Source: Deltaproteobacteria bacterium
Lineage (GTDB): Bacteria; Desulfobacterota; Deferrisomatia; Deferrisomatales; BM512
Assembly: GCA_030591565.1 (NCBI GenBank)
Contig: JAUVAU010000003.1
Location: forward strand, 4,879-68,878
Length of the DNA: 64,000 bases
Direction: 5' to 3'
This document shows, piece after piece, positions 26,912-34,555 of this stretch (position 1 is its first letter; each line of letters starts with the position of its first letter). A model generated the notes under the pieces. It had not been told where the DNA came from. It searched no databases and worked only from the letters and a program-made list of their open reading frames with translations. The position numbers and the translations under genes were made by a program.

Positions 26912-27212
26912 AAGGGTCTTGGTGGGGCTCCACGATAATCATCTTGCCATTCACAAGAGCGTCGGCAACCTTGGAGCGGGCGCTTGTCAGCAGGCGCTGC
27001 ACCGTCCCCCGCGAGACCCCCATACGTTCTCCCGCCTCCTCCTGGGTAAGCTCCTCCTCCCCGTCGCAGAGGCCCAGCGTCTCAAGCTCATCGTAAGCCA
27101 GAAAGATCTGTTCCAACCCCTTGCTCGGCACCCCGGCGGGTTTGAAGATCGACTCCACATCCCCACGAAAGCGCCAGGAACATCTTCTCGGTTTTTTAGG
27201 ACGAGGCGACAT
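26910..27212 (-). CDS. DUF134 (UPF0251) family DNA-binding protein
   Basis: MSPRPKKPRR...F.P.G......L..DE.E...L.D...L.QEEA...MGVSR.T....L..AR.K.A.AL..G. Confidence 0.85.
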   Translation of the reverse strand: MSPRPKKPRRCSWRFRGDVESIFKPAGVPSKGLEQIFLAYDELETLGLCDGEEELTQEEAGERMGVSRGTVQRLLTSARSKVADALVNGKMIIVEPHQDP

Positions 27213-27552
27213 ATTTTAAATACCCCGGCAGTTTCCCTGCCATCTGAAGTCAGAAGGACTACCCTTGCAGCGCCGCACATCTTCCTCCCGGTTCCACAAA
27301 CTGCTCTACGTTTGGAATCCCTGGAGAAATGCCTGTGCATATGCACGATATGCCACCGCTGTATCTCTTGTCAATAGGGGAAGCTGAGGGCTGGCCCAAC
27401 CTCGGTCGATTACAGAATGATAAACGGGGCTCGGTGACATGATGACGGCGGTGTGCTATTGTGAAAACGTGAACTTTGGGGGAGATTTCAAAATCTTCAA
27501 CTACAATTCGGCTACAGCTGCTTCATCCACCACGCAAAAGGAAGGAATTCAA

Positions 27553-27711
27553 ATGGGTACAAAAAGCTTTTTGGCCTTGATGGCAATCTCACTGGCTCTA
27601 ATGTTACTGCTGACAGCCTGTGGAGGTGGCAGTTCAAGCTCCTCCAGCACAACAACAGGCACGACGCTGGTGTGGGATTCGGGAACCTGGGACAATAACA
27701 CTTGGGAGTAA
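27553..27711 (+). CDS. small lipoprotein (52 aa)
   Basis: ATG 27553 with an AAGGAAGGA SD. Lipobox LLTACGGG followed by a Ser/Thr-rich linker. Confidence 0.5.
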   Translation: MGTKSFLALMAISLALMLLLTACGGGSSSSSSTTTGTTLVWDSGTWDNNTWE

Positions 27712-27715
27712 ACAA

Positions 27716-28849
27716 ATGAAAACAAAATTGATGCTTATATGCCTTATCACACTGATAACCGCCTCCATCAGCTTCGCGGGCCAGGTCGCCCCCCTTACCC
27801 AGATGGTCTCGGGTGGAACCGCCAGCGCAGCCGAGGTGAACGGGAACTTCACCGCCCTTGAGACAGAGGTAAACGACAATGACACGCGACTTGCAGACCA
27901 TGTTGTCGATACCGCCCTTCACTCCGACACCCTGGCAGACCTGAGCTGTGCGACAGACCAACTTATCCAATTCGACGGTACAAGCTGGACCTGCATCGAC
28001 AACCCCATCCCCCTCCTCCAGGCACAGGTTGACCTACAGGAAACCCGACTGGCGGATTTGGAGGCCCTGCTCACCCATTTCTCCCGCGTCGATAACGACG
28101 TGACCATAACCGGGGCCAACCTGCACGTGGTCAACGGCCTCGGCTCCACCGACACGGTGAACGGCTTTGGCAACCTGATCATCGGCTACGACGAGGCAAG
28201 GGATACAGGAAGCGACAAATCGGGCTCCCACAATCTGGTGGTGGGTATCGAACATAATTACTCCAGCTATGGTGGGCTGGTAGCAGGATATCGGAATGCT
28301 GTTTCAGGTTTCTACGCTTCAGTCAGCGGCGGAAATCAAAACACCGCCAGCGGCCATTATTCCTCCGTCAGCGGCGGTATTGTGAACGATGCCAGCGGCC
28401 ATTATTCCTCCGTTACTGGTGGTGCGGGTAACGACGCCACCAACCATTTTTCCTCCGTCAGCGGCGGAGATAACAACACCGCCAGCGGCCAGTATTCCTC
28501 CGTCAGCGGCGGAAACAGCAACACCGCCAGCGGCGATTATTCCTCCGTCAGCGGCGGATACGGCAACGATGCCATCGGTGAGTATTCCTCCGTCAGCGGC
28601 GGAAATATAAACGATGCCGAAGGCCTGTATTCCTCCGTCAGCGGCGGGAATTCAAATGACGCAATCGGTTGGGGTTCTTCCATTAGCGGCGGAACTGATA
28701 ACCAAGCCACCGGTCAGGAGTCATCCATTAATGGAGGAGATTCTAACATCGCCGGCGGGGTGGCGTCCTCCGTCAGCGGCGGAGACACCATAACGGCATC
28801 GGGAATGTATCACTGGGCGGCGGGACATTATTATTCACCCACCCCGTAG
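27716..28849 (+). CDS. secreted repeat protein (coiled-coil N-terminal region plus 11 x 15-aa YSSVSGGxxNxAxGx repeats)
   Basis: Signal peptide ...SISFAG. Heptad-like EVNGNFTALETEVNDNDTRLADH and LQETRLADLEALL. 11 tandem 15-residue repeats. Confidence 0.8.
   Translation: MKTKLMLICLITLITASISFAGQVAPLTQMVSGGTASAAEVNGNFTALETEVNDNDTRLADHVVDTALHSDTLADLSCATDQLIQFDGTSWTCIDNPIPLLQAQVDLQETRLADLEALLTHFSRVDNDVTITGANLHVVNGLGSTDTVNGFGNLIIGYDEARDTGSDKSGSHNLVVGIEHNYSSYGGLVAGYRNAVSGFYASVSGGNQNTASGHYSSVSGGIVNDASGHYSSVTGGAGNDATNHFSSVSGGDNNTASGQYSSVSGGNSNTASGDYSSVSGGYGNDAIGEYSSVSGGNINDAEGLYSSVSGGNSNDAIGWGSSISGGTDNQATGQESSINGGDSNIAGGVASSVSGGDTITASGMYHWAAGHYYSPTP
28313..28807 (+). repeat. coding tandem repeat, 11 x 45 nt
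   Basis: Units TAT TCC TCC GTC AGC GGC GG...AAC..GCC..GGC recur in phase from 28313 to 28807. Confidence 0.9.
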
Positions 28850-28870
28850 GAGAGGTGCCATAAGGATAAA

Positions 28871-28910
28871 AACGGGGGCTTGGGCGCAATGCCGGAGCCC
28901 CCGTTTTTTT
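28871..28910 (+). terminator. Rho-independent terminator
   Basis: AACGGGGGCT...AGCCCCCGTT stem followed by TTTTTTT. Confidence 0.7.
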
Positions 28911-29007
28911 GTCTATTCGCCACAGGCGGCGAGGGCGGCGGCTCAGTGAGTATTTCCGCGTGGCGGCAACATATGCTTGAGAGGTCCGGCAGCTTACTGC
29001 CCTAGGA

Positions 29008-29238
29008 CTTGTTGAAAAACCCCGGATATCCTCCGATTGATGTTGTCAGGGGCGAAAAATGATCCTCGAAATACTATCAGTATGCCTGCGGTCATTTTTC
29101 TTCCCTTCCTAATTCTCAAATAATATTCGGGGTTTCCAGTTTATCGTTGGCTTAGTTAGGGGTTTGTCCGGCAGCGGCTAAAATTTCTAGTTCAGCGTTA
29201 TTCCCCGCTTCGGGAGAGTTTTTCGGAGAGCCTCCTAG
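29008..29238 (-). repeat. interspersed intergenic repeat, copy 2 (orientation B)
   Basis: Starts CTTGTTGAAAAACCCCGGATATCCTCCGATTGA and ends GGGAGAGTTTTTCGGAGAGCCTCCTAG. Its terminal CTAG supplies the stop codon of the kinase gene. Confidence 0.9.
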
Positions 29239-31241
29239 CTGCACTTTTCCAGCGCTTCGCGCAGCACCCTTGACAGCTCCGATCGTGTCCAGGGTTTGTG
29301 GAGCAGGGTGGTGAGGTCAAGCTTTGCCCCCTCCTTGTTCAGGTCGTCGCTGCGGCCTGTGCATACGATGATCGGGATATCGCTGCGTATCGCCCTTACC
29401 CTGTTCATCAGCTCATTCCCGGCGATGACCGGCATCGCAAGGTCGGTCACGACGATATCGAACTCAAGGGGCGCGTTGCCGAACCTTTCCAGCGCGACTG
29501 CGGGGTCGGTGAACACTTCGGGAGTATACCCCAGGCTCACCAGTGACAGCTTGGCCAGTTCGGCGAGCATCGGCTCATCATCTACGAAGAACACCCGCTC
29601 ACCACTGCCGTTTTCAAACTCTTCAATCTGCTTCGTCGCCTCACACTCACCCCCGTGGCTGGGAAAGAAGATTCGGAACTCGGTGCCCCCTCCGGGTGCG
29701 CTCTCCACCGATATGCTGCCCTCATGTGCGGACACTATGCCGTGGACAACGGCCAACCCGAGGCCGCTTCCCTCTCCCACCCCCTTGGTAGTGAAGTATG
29801 GCTCGAACACCCTCGCGCGTATTTCTTCGTCGATCCCCGACCCGTTGTCGCGCACGACAAGCCGCACGTAATCGCTCGTCTCACCCGCTCCAGCCTTCAT
29901 AATCTGCACCGTCCCGAGCGACACGGTTATCTCTCCCCCCTCTTCTCCCATCGACTGGTAAGCATTCGTGCACAGGTTGACCAGCACCTGTTGTATCTGC
30001 GCCGGGTCGGCGAAGATGCAGGGCGACTTTTCAGGCAACTCGGCAAGCAGCTGGACATTGGGGGGAAGAGTGGCGCGCAGCAGCTGCTCTGTCTCCCAGA
30101 CGATAGTATTGATGGGAACGGGCTTTCGCCGCTCGACCGCCTTGCGGCTAAAAGCCAGAATGCGCGCAATAACTTCCTTGGCCCGCTGTCCGGCGTTGAA
30201 GATGTTCGTGACGTTATCGTGGCCTCTCGTCCCTGAAGGGAGCTCGAGCAAGGTCAACTCTGAATAGCCCAGGATGGCGGCGAGGATGTTGTTGAAATCG
30301 TGGGCAATACCCCCGGCAAGGGTGCCGAGCGCATTGAGCTTTTCAGATTGGCGTAGCTGCGCTTCAAGCTCCTTGCGTTCATTTTCGACCCTTACACGGT
30401 CGGTTATGTCGGAGATGATGCTGGCGAACCCGGTTACATTACCCTCCCCGTCGCGCATGTAGTCCCAGTCCACCTGCACGTCAAGTACGCGACCATCCTT
30501 TGTGGTATTTTGGGCGATCCAGGATATTGGAGCAGGCTGCTCGGCGACCAGATATTCAAGGTATTGGGGAAGATTCCTGGTCTTCTCATCATCAAACATC
30601 AAATCCCAGAGTTTTTTACCCAACCCCTCGCCCGGCTCGTAGCCCATCATCTTCTCGAAGGTCTGGCTCATAAACGTTATCGTCCCCTGTGCGTCACACT
30701 CCTGAATGCCGCTGGGGAGACGTCGGATGAGGTCGGCGATGCGCCGCTCGCTCTGCCTGAGTTTTTCCTCAACCCGCATACGCTCAATCTCGGCAACGGC
30801 ACGCAGGGCAAATATCCGCAGCGTGGATTTTATCTCTTCAACATCTTCAATCTCGCGCTTGTACATGACGGTCACCACGCCAAGCGTATTGCCCTGGGAG
30901 TCTTCAAGCGGAGCGCCGACAAAAGCCTCGACACCCATCTTGTCAAAAAACTCGTTCCCACTAAAGTGCGCGCGCACCGCTGAGGCATATGCGAACACGC
31001 CCCGACTGACCACATCCTGGCAAGGGGTGTTCGCAACCGCATACTCGACGTTCTCCACGATCTCCCCACCCACGCTTAAAGCGATGGTTGTGAGAGAACT
31101 TCCCGAGTCGTCCAGCTCGGCGATAAAGGCGTAGTCAGAACCAAGAACATCGACGAGGCTGTTGGCGAGGCTGCGAAAAAAGCCCTCGCCCACGGTGGAG
31201 GAGACCACCTCGGCGATGCGCATGAAGTCATTCGTTTGCAT
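29235..31241 (-). CDS. hybrid sensor histidine kinase (GAF, PAS, HisKA, HATPase_c, receiver)
   Basis: H-box GIAHDFNNIL. N/G boxes (DNGSGID, GSGLGLA). C-terminal receiver FFVDDE...DIVVTDLAMP. Start taken at MQTNDF (31241). Confidence 0.85.
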   Translation of the reverse strand: MQTNDFMRIAEVVSSTVGEGFFRSLANSLVDVLGSDYAFIAELDDSGSSLTTIALSVGGEIVENVEYAVANTPCQDVVSRGVFAYASAVRAHFSGNEFFDKMGVEAFVGAPLEDSQGNTLGVVTVMYKREIEDVEEIKSTLRIFALRAVAEIERMRVEEKLRQSERRIADLIRRLPSGIQECDAQGTITFMSQTFEKMMGYEPGEGLGKKLWDLMFDDEKTRNLPQYLEYLVAEQPAPISWIAQNTTKDGRVLDVQVDWDYMRDGEGNVTGFASIISDITDRVRVENERKELEAQLRQSEKLNALGTLAGGIAHDFNNILAAILGYSELTLLELPSGTRGHDNVTNIFNAGQRAKEVIARILAFSRKAVERRKPVPINTIVWETEQLLRATLPPNVQLLAELPEKSPCIFADPAQIQQVLVNLCTNAYQSMGEEGGEITVSLGTVQIMKAGAGETSDYVRLVVRDNGSGIDEEIRARVFEPYFTTKGVGEGSGLGLAVVHGIVSAHEGSISVESAPGGGTEFRIFFPSHGGECEATKQIEEFENGSGERVFFVDDEPMLAELAKLSLVSLGYTPEVFTDPAVALERFGNAPLEFDIVVTDLAMPVIAGNELMNRVRAIRSDIPIIVCTGRSDDLNKEGAKLDLTTLLHKPWTRSELSRVLREALEKCS

Positions 31242-31364
31242 ACTAAATTCCCTAGCTCCAATAAATTTTGAATGGGTTCCCGAGTGGACGATTATACCCG
31301 GAGGAAAAACATCTGCACACACCTATAGATTTTCATAGCCGTGCACGCCGCGATCAGGGCAAGC

Positions 31365-31775
31365 TCACCCCTCCATATCAAATAGAGTGACCAGCGCGTG
31401 GGCTATCTGCTTGCCCTCTGCGTTGTCCGCCCGCGCTTCGACGTTGACGATCTTCTTGCCGTTGCGGATCACCCTGGCATCCACAGTGATCCGCTCCCCC
31501 ATCGCCGCCGGGCGGAAGAAATGAATCTCCACCCCCTCGGTCGTGAGTTTTCGCCCCGAGGGCAGCAGACAGCCCGGGAAAAACACCACCGTGTCCACCA
31601 CGGCGGCCACCGCGCCCCCGTGCAGCCCACCCATGTAATTGCCGTGGGTCTCATCGACGATGAACGACATCCGGGCGGTATCCTGCGTCACCTCATCCAG
31701 TTGCACATTCAGATGCGCCATGAAGTTGACTCTTTTGAATATCTCTTGGGCAGCCTTGGTGTATGTATCGGTCAT
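31365..31775 (-). CDS. PaaI-family hotdog-fold thioesterase
   Basis: N..G.LHGGAVAAVVDT motif; 136 aa. Confidence 0.85.
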   Translation of the reverse strand: MTDTYTKAAQEIFKRVNFMAHLNVQLDEVTQDTARMSFIVDETHGNYMGGLHGGAVAAVVDTVVFFPGCLLPSGRKLTTEGVEIHFFRPAAMGERITVDARVIRNGKKIVNVEARADNAEGKQIAHALVTLFDMEG

Positions 31776-31891
31776 GAGTCCCTCTCTTCCAGGCGCGTTC
31801 GATCTTCGGATAGGCGGCTATTACAACTATGTGGATATTGGTCAGGTATACTTTAATAGTCCAGACGAGCACTAGAAAAAAGGGGAAACAA

Positions 31892-32485
31892 ATGGCGAAT
31901 TTAGCGGTTATCTACCACTCGCAGTTCGGACACACCAAACTCCAGGCCGAAGCGGTCGCCAGGGGGGCAACATCGGTCGATGGCATGGATGCCACCCTTT
32001 TTACCGCCGAAGAAGCGTCGGGCAAACTTGATGAGCTGGACGGCTACGACGCACTGATCTTCGGCACCGCCACCTACATGGGCAACATCTCGGCAGGGAT
32101 GAAGCAGTTCATGGAGGCCTCGGCGGCAAAATGGTTCACCCTGGCCTGGCGCGACAAGATCGCCGGGGCGTTCACCAACTCCAGCTCCTTTAGCGGCGAC
32201 AAGCTGAACACCCTGCAGGGCCTCGTGGTCTTCGCCATGCAGCACGGGATGATCTTCGTGGGGCTGGGCATGCTCCCCGCCCAAAGCGACATGGACTCGA
32301 TGAACCATATCGAAGGCCCCGGCCCCAACGTGACCAACCGTGCGGGTTCCTTTATCGGCCCGATGTCGGCGAGCTTTCAGGTCAACCCACCCGAGGCGCC
32401 CGCGCCGGGTGACATCGAAACCGCAGAGCTTTATGGACAGAGAGTGGCTGAGAAGACCCTGGTCTTCCTGGCGGGTAGGGGCTGA
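31892..32485 (+). CDS. flavodoxin-like NAD(P)H:quinone oxidoreductase (WrbA-like)
   Basis: LAVIYHSQFGHT...LIFGTATYMGN. Start at ATG 31892 with an AAGGGGA SD. Confidence 0.85.
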   Translation: MANLAVIYHSQFGHTKLQAEAVARGATSVDGMDATLFTAEEASGKLDELDGYDALIFGTATYMGNISAGMKQFMEASAAKWFTLAWRDKIAGAFTNSSSFSGDKLNTLQGLVVFAMQHGMIFVGLGMLPAQSDMDSMNHIEGPGPNVTNRAGSFIGPMSASFQVNPPEAPAPGDIETAELYGQRVAEKTLVFLAGRG

Positions 32486-33700
32486 TCAGCTCGGGGGTTC
32501 GTGTCGCCCGTCCACATTGTACAGCGCGCACATTACCGGGTCGGGCTTACAGGGGTCAGGGGCGCGAAAGCGGCACCCTCCCCCGCACTCCTCAGCTTCG
32601 GGGCACCGGTTGCACCCCTCCACCTCTTTCAGGACGACCGGTTTTCTCGCCTGCCAGCATGTTGCGAGCCCTTCACCTATTTTGCCCAGCGGCTTGTCGA
32701 AATAGAAGCCGCACTGGGCCACCGTACCATCAGCGCCCACGGTCGCTAGGTGTAGCCCGCAAGCCATCCCGTCGCTTCCGCCGTGGTAGGCCCCGCCAAA
32801 GCCGCGGGATATGGCAGCCGCCCCCTGCGCAGCGGTGACGCCCTCCACGGCAGAACCGCCTTCCAGTCTGCCGCTTGGACAGGGCACGTCGATGCTCCAC
32901 TCACGCGCATCCAGGCGGCGCACCAGCTCGCCCAGCTCTTCCAGCTCACCGAGGTTGCCGGGGTGGGCCATGGTCGCGATGGAGAGGTCCCGGCCCGACC
33001 CCGCCACCACCTCCGCAGCTTTTACCGCAGGACCGAAGGTCGCACCGCCCCGTAGGGCTTCGTGCCCCGCACGCATCCCATCGAGACTTATCTGAACCTC
33101 ATCCACCCCCAGCCCCCTGAGTGTCTTCCCGTCGAGCAGCAAACCGTTGGTCAGGAGAACCTTGCGAAAACTCCTGGCGGCCAGTATCTCGTTGATTTCC
33201 TCCCACCGTGGGTGGGTCAGCGGCTCACCACCGCTCACGAGCAGGCGCAGCCCGCCCAGCTGCTCAAACTCATCGCACACCCTCTCCACCTGGGCGGGGT
33301 CAAGGTCCACCGGTCTGGCTTTGCCAAGGTAGCAGTGGCTGCATTTGAGGTTACAGCGCCAGCTCACCTGCAACTCCAGGTAGCGCAGAGAGGGGAGGAG
33401 TACCAGCTCGTTTGGTCCAGGCCCCTTATGTAGGGGCTGTGGTTGGTCGTGGAGTTGGAGCAGCCCTTCTTCCAGGCAGTACTCCAGAAACTCCGCTTCA
33501 AGGTCCGCCTGGGCCACGGTCATATCGCCAAGGCAGCGCCCGAGTCCTTCCAGCGCTTCATCGTTCAGCTCGTAAAGCTCGTCACCAAGCGCGTCATAGA
33601 GGCAAGGCTCCTCCAGGCGGCGCAGCAGCGCCCTGTCGGCGAGACGTATGAATTTTTTGGAGGGGTCACGAGGGGCAGGAGGGTTGGGTGATTGATTCAT
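32486..33700 (-). CDS. radical SAM / SPASM-domain peptide-maturase-like enzyme with N-terminal PqqD/RRE-like domain
   Basis: CNLKCSHC (CX3CX2C). C-terminal CNRCPEAEECGGGC (CX2CX5CX3C SPASM motif) plus upstream auxiliary Cys. About 95 N-terminal residues (LYDALGDELYELNDEALEGL) resemble PqqD-type recognition elements. Confidence 0.9.
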   Translation of the reverse strand: MNQSPNPPAPRDPSKKFIRLADRALLRRLEEPCLYDALGDELYELNDEALEGLGRCLGDMTVAQADLEAEFLEYCLEEGLLQLHDQPQPLHKGPGPNELVLLPSLRYLELQVSWRCNLKCSHCYLGKARPVDLDPAQVERVCDEFEQLGGLRLLVSGGEPLTHPRWEEINEILAARSFRKVLLTNGLLLDGKTLRGLGVDEVQISLDGMRAGHEALRGGATFGPAVKAAEVVAGSGRDLSIATMAHPGNLGELEELGELVRRLDAREWSIDVPCPSGRLEGGSAVEGVTAAQGAAAISRGFGGAYHGGSDGMACGLHLATVGADGTVAQCGFYFDKPLGKIGEGLATCWQARKPVVLKEVEGCNRCPEAEECGGGCRFRAPDPCKPDPVMCALYNVDGRHEPPS

Positions 33701-33703
33701 CGG

Positions 33704-34036
33704 TTACCAGCGCCCGGTGCTGATGAGCCCCGCGATACCACAGAGCGCTCCGCAGGGTGCGCAATCATCGTTGGAGACCTCTGGATTTCTAAAATCGCAA
33801 TCCAGCGGGGGGTAGGAACACTTCTCACAAATTTCAACGAGGCGGGGGTCGTCGCCGTGGATTGCGTAGAGTGGATAAGCCGGGTTGAATTCCAGGGCGT
33901 ACAGCTCATCCCAGCCGGTCCTGGAGATATGTTCCAGCAGCGGGGCCAACGCGCCGCAGCCGGGGTCGTCGAACTTCTCAGCCTTGAAGTATCGGCAAAA
34001 CCTTCGACAGATATCTTTGCGAAACTGGGTATCCAC
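33704..34036 (-). CDS. hypothetical 110-aa protein with 9 Cys
   Basis: GAGGAGGG SD. Stop is 3 nt before the rSAM start. Cys motifs CRRFC, CEKC...C, CAPCGALC. No family recognised. Confidence 0.65.
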   Translation of the reverse strand: MDTQFRKDICRRFCRYFKAEKFDDPGCGALAPLLEHISRTGWDELYALEFNPAYPLYAIHGDDPRLVEICEKCSYPPLDCDFRNPEVSNDDCAPCGALCGIAGLISTGRW

Positions 34037-34067
34037 TCACTGCCCTCCTCGGAAACAGGACAAGGAA

Positions 34068-34097
34068 ATGGGGAGAACCTTTAGAGGCCCTCCCCAT
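34068..34097 (-). promoter_or_regulatory. intercistronic stem-loop between the peptide ORF and downstream genes
   Basis: 8-bp perfect stem ATGGGGAG/CTCCCCAT with a 14-nt loop, 15 nt after the peptide stop. Confidence 0.35.
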
Positions 34098-34111
34098 CGC
34101 CAACTTTTCGA

Positions 34112-34174
34112 CTAGCAGGAGCTAGCGCACTTGCACATGCCGCGTTTGGTACGGACAACTTTGCGAATCTTCAT
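34112..34174 (-). CDS. 20-aa Cys-rich peptide MKIRKVVRTKRGMCKCASSC (candidate RiPP precursor); absent from the ORF track
   Basis: ATG at 34174 lies 4 nt after AGGAGGG. Basic N-terminal half and a C-terminal CxCxxxC. First gene of the rSAM/SPASM cassette. Confidence 0.5.
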   Translation of the reverse strand: MKIRKVVRTKRGMCKCASSC

Positions 34175-34216
34175 GGTTCCCTCCTGGTGTCTGTCGGTTG
34201 GTAAAGCCACGGTTTT

Positions 34217-34244
34217 AGTATTCCACGTATTTTACCCGTGTCAA
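34217..34244 (-). promoter_or_regulatory. sigma70-like promoter candidate (TTGACA-16-AATACT with TGG extension)
   Basis: Minus strand reads TTGACAcgggtaaaatacgtggAATACT, about 45 nt upstream of the peptide ATG. Confidence 0.4.
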
Positions 34245-34253
34245 CAACTAGTA

Positions 34254-34519
34254 GCTTGTTGAAAAACCCCGGATATCCTCCGATTGACGTTGTCAGGGGC
34301 GAAAAATGATCCTCGAAATACCTATCAGTATGCCTGTGGTCATTTTTCTTCCCTTCCTAGTCCTCGAATGATCTTCGGGGCTTCCAGTTTATCGTCAGCT
34401 TAGCTGGAGGTTTGCCCAACATCAGCTAAAATCTCCAGTTTGGCCCGGTTTAGCCCTGTTTAGCCCTGTTTAGTGTTACCCCCTCCGCTTCGGGAGAGTT
34501 TTTCGTCAGAGCCTCCTAG
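34254..34519 (-). repeat. interspersed intergenic repeat, copy 3 (orientation B)
   Basis: Full-length copy with about 4 tandem GGTTTAGCCC-type units (34435-34475). Confidence 0.9.
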
Positions 34520-34555
34520 AGTATACCAGACCTTCCGTTGGGGTGAACCATCCAA

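Noticed and set aside
27335-27346. Perfect 12-bp palindrome GTGCATATGCAC upstream of the DUF134 gene as an operator
   Set aside because: About 15 perfect 12-bp palindromes are expected by chance in 64 kb. There is no second copy or other support.
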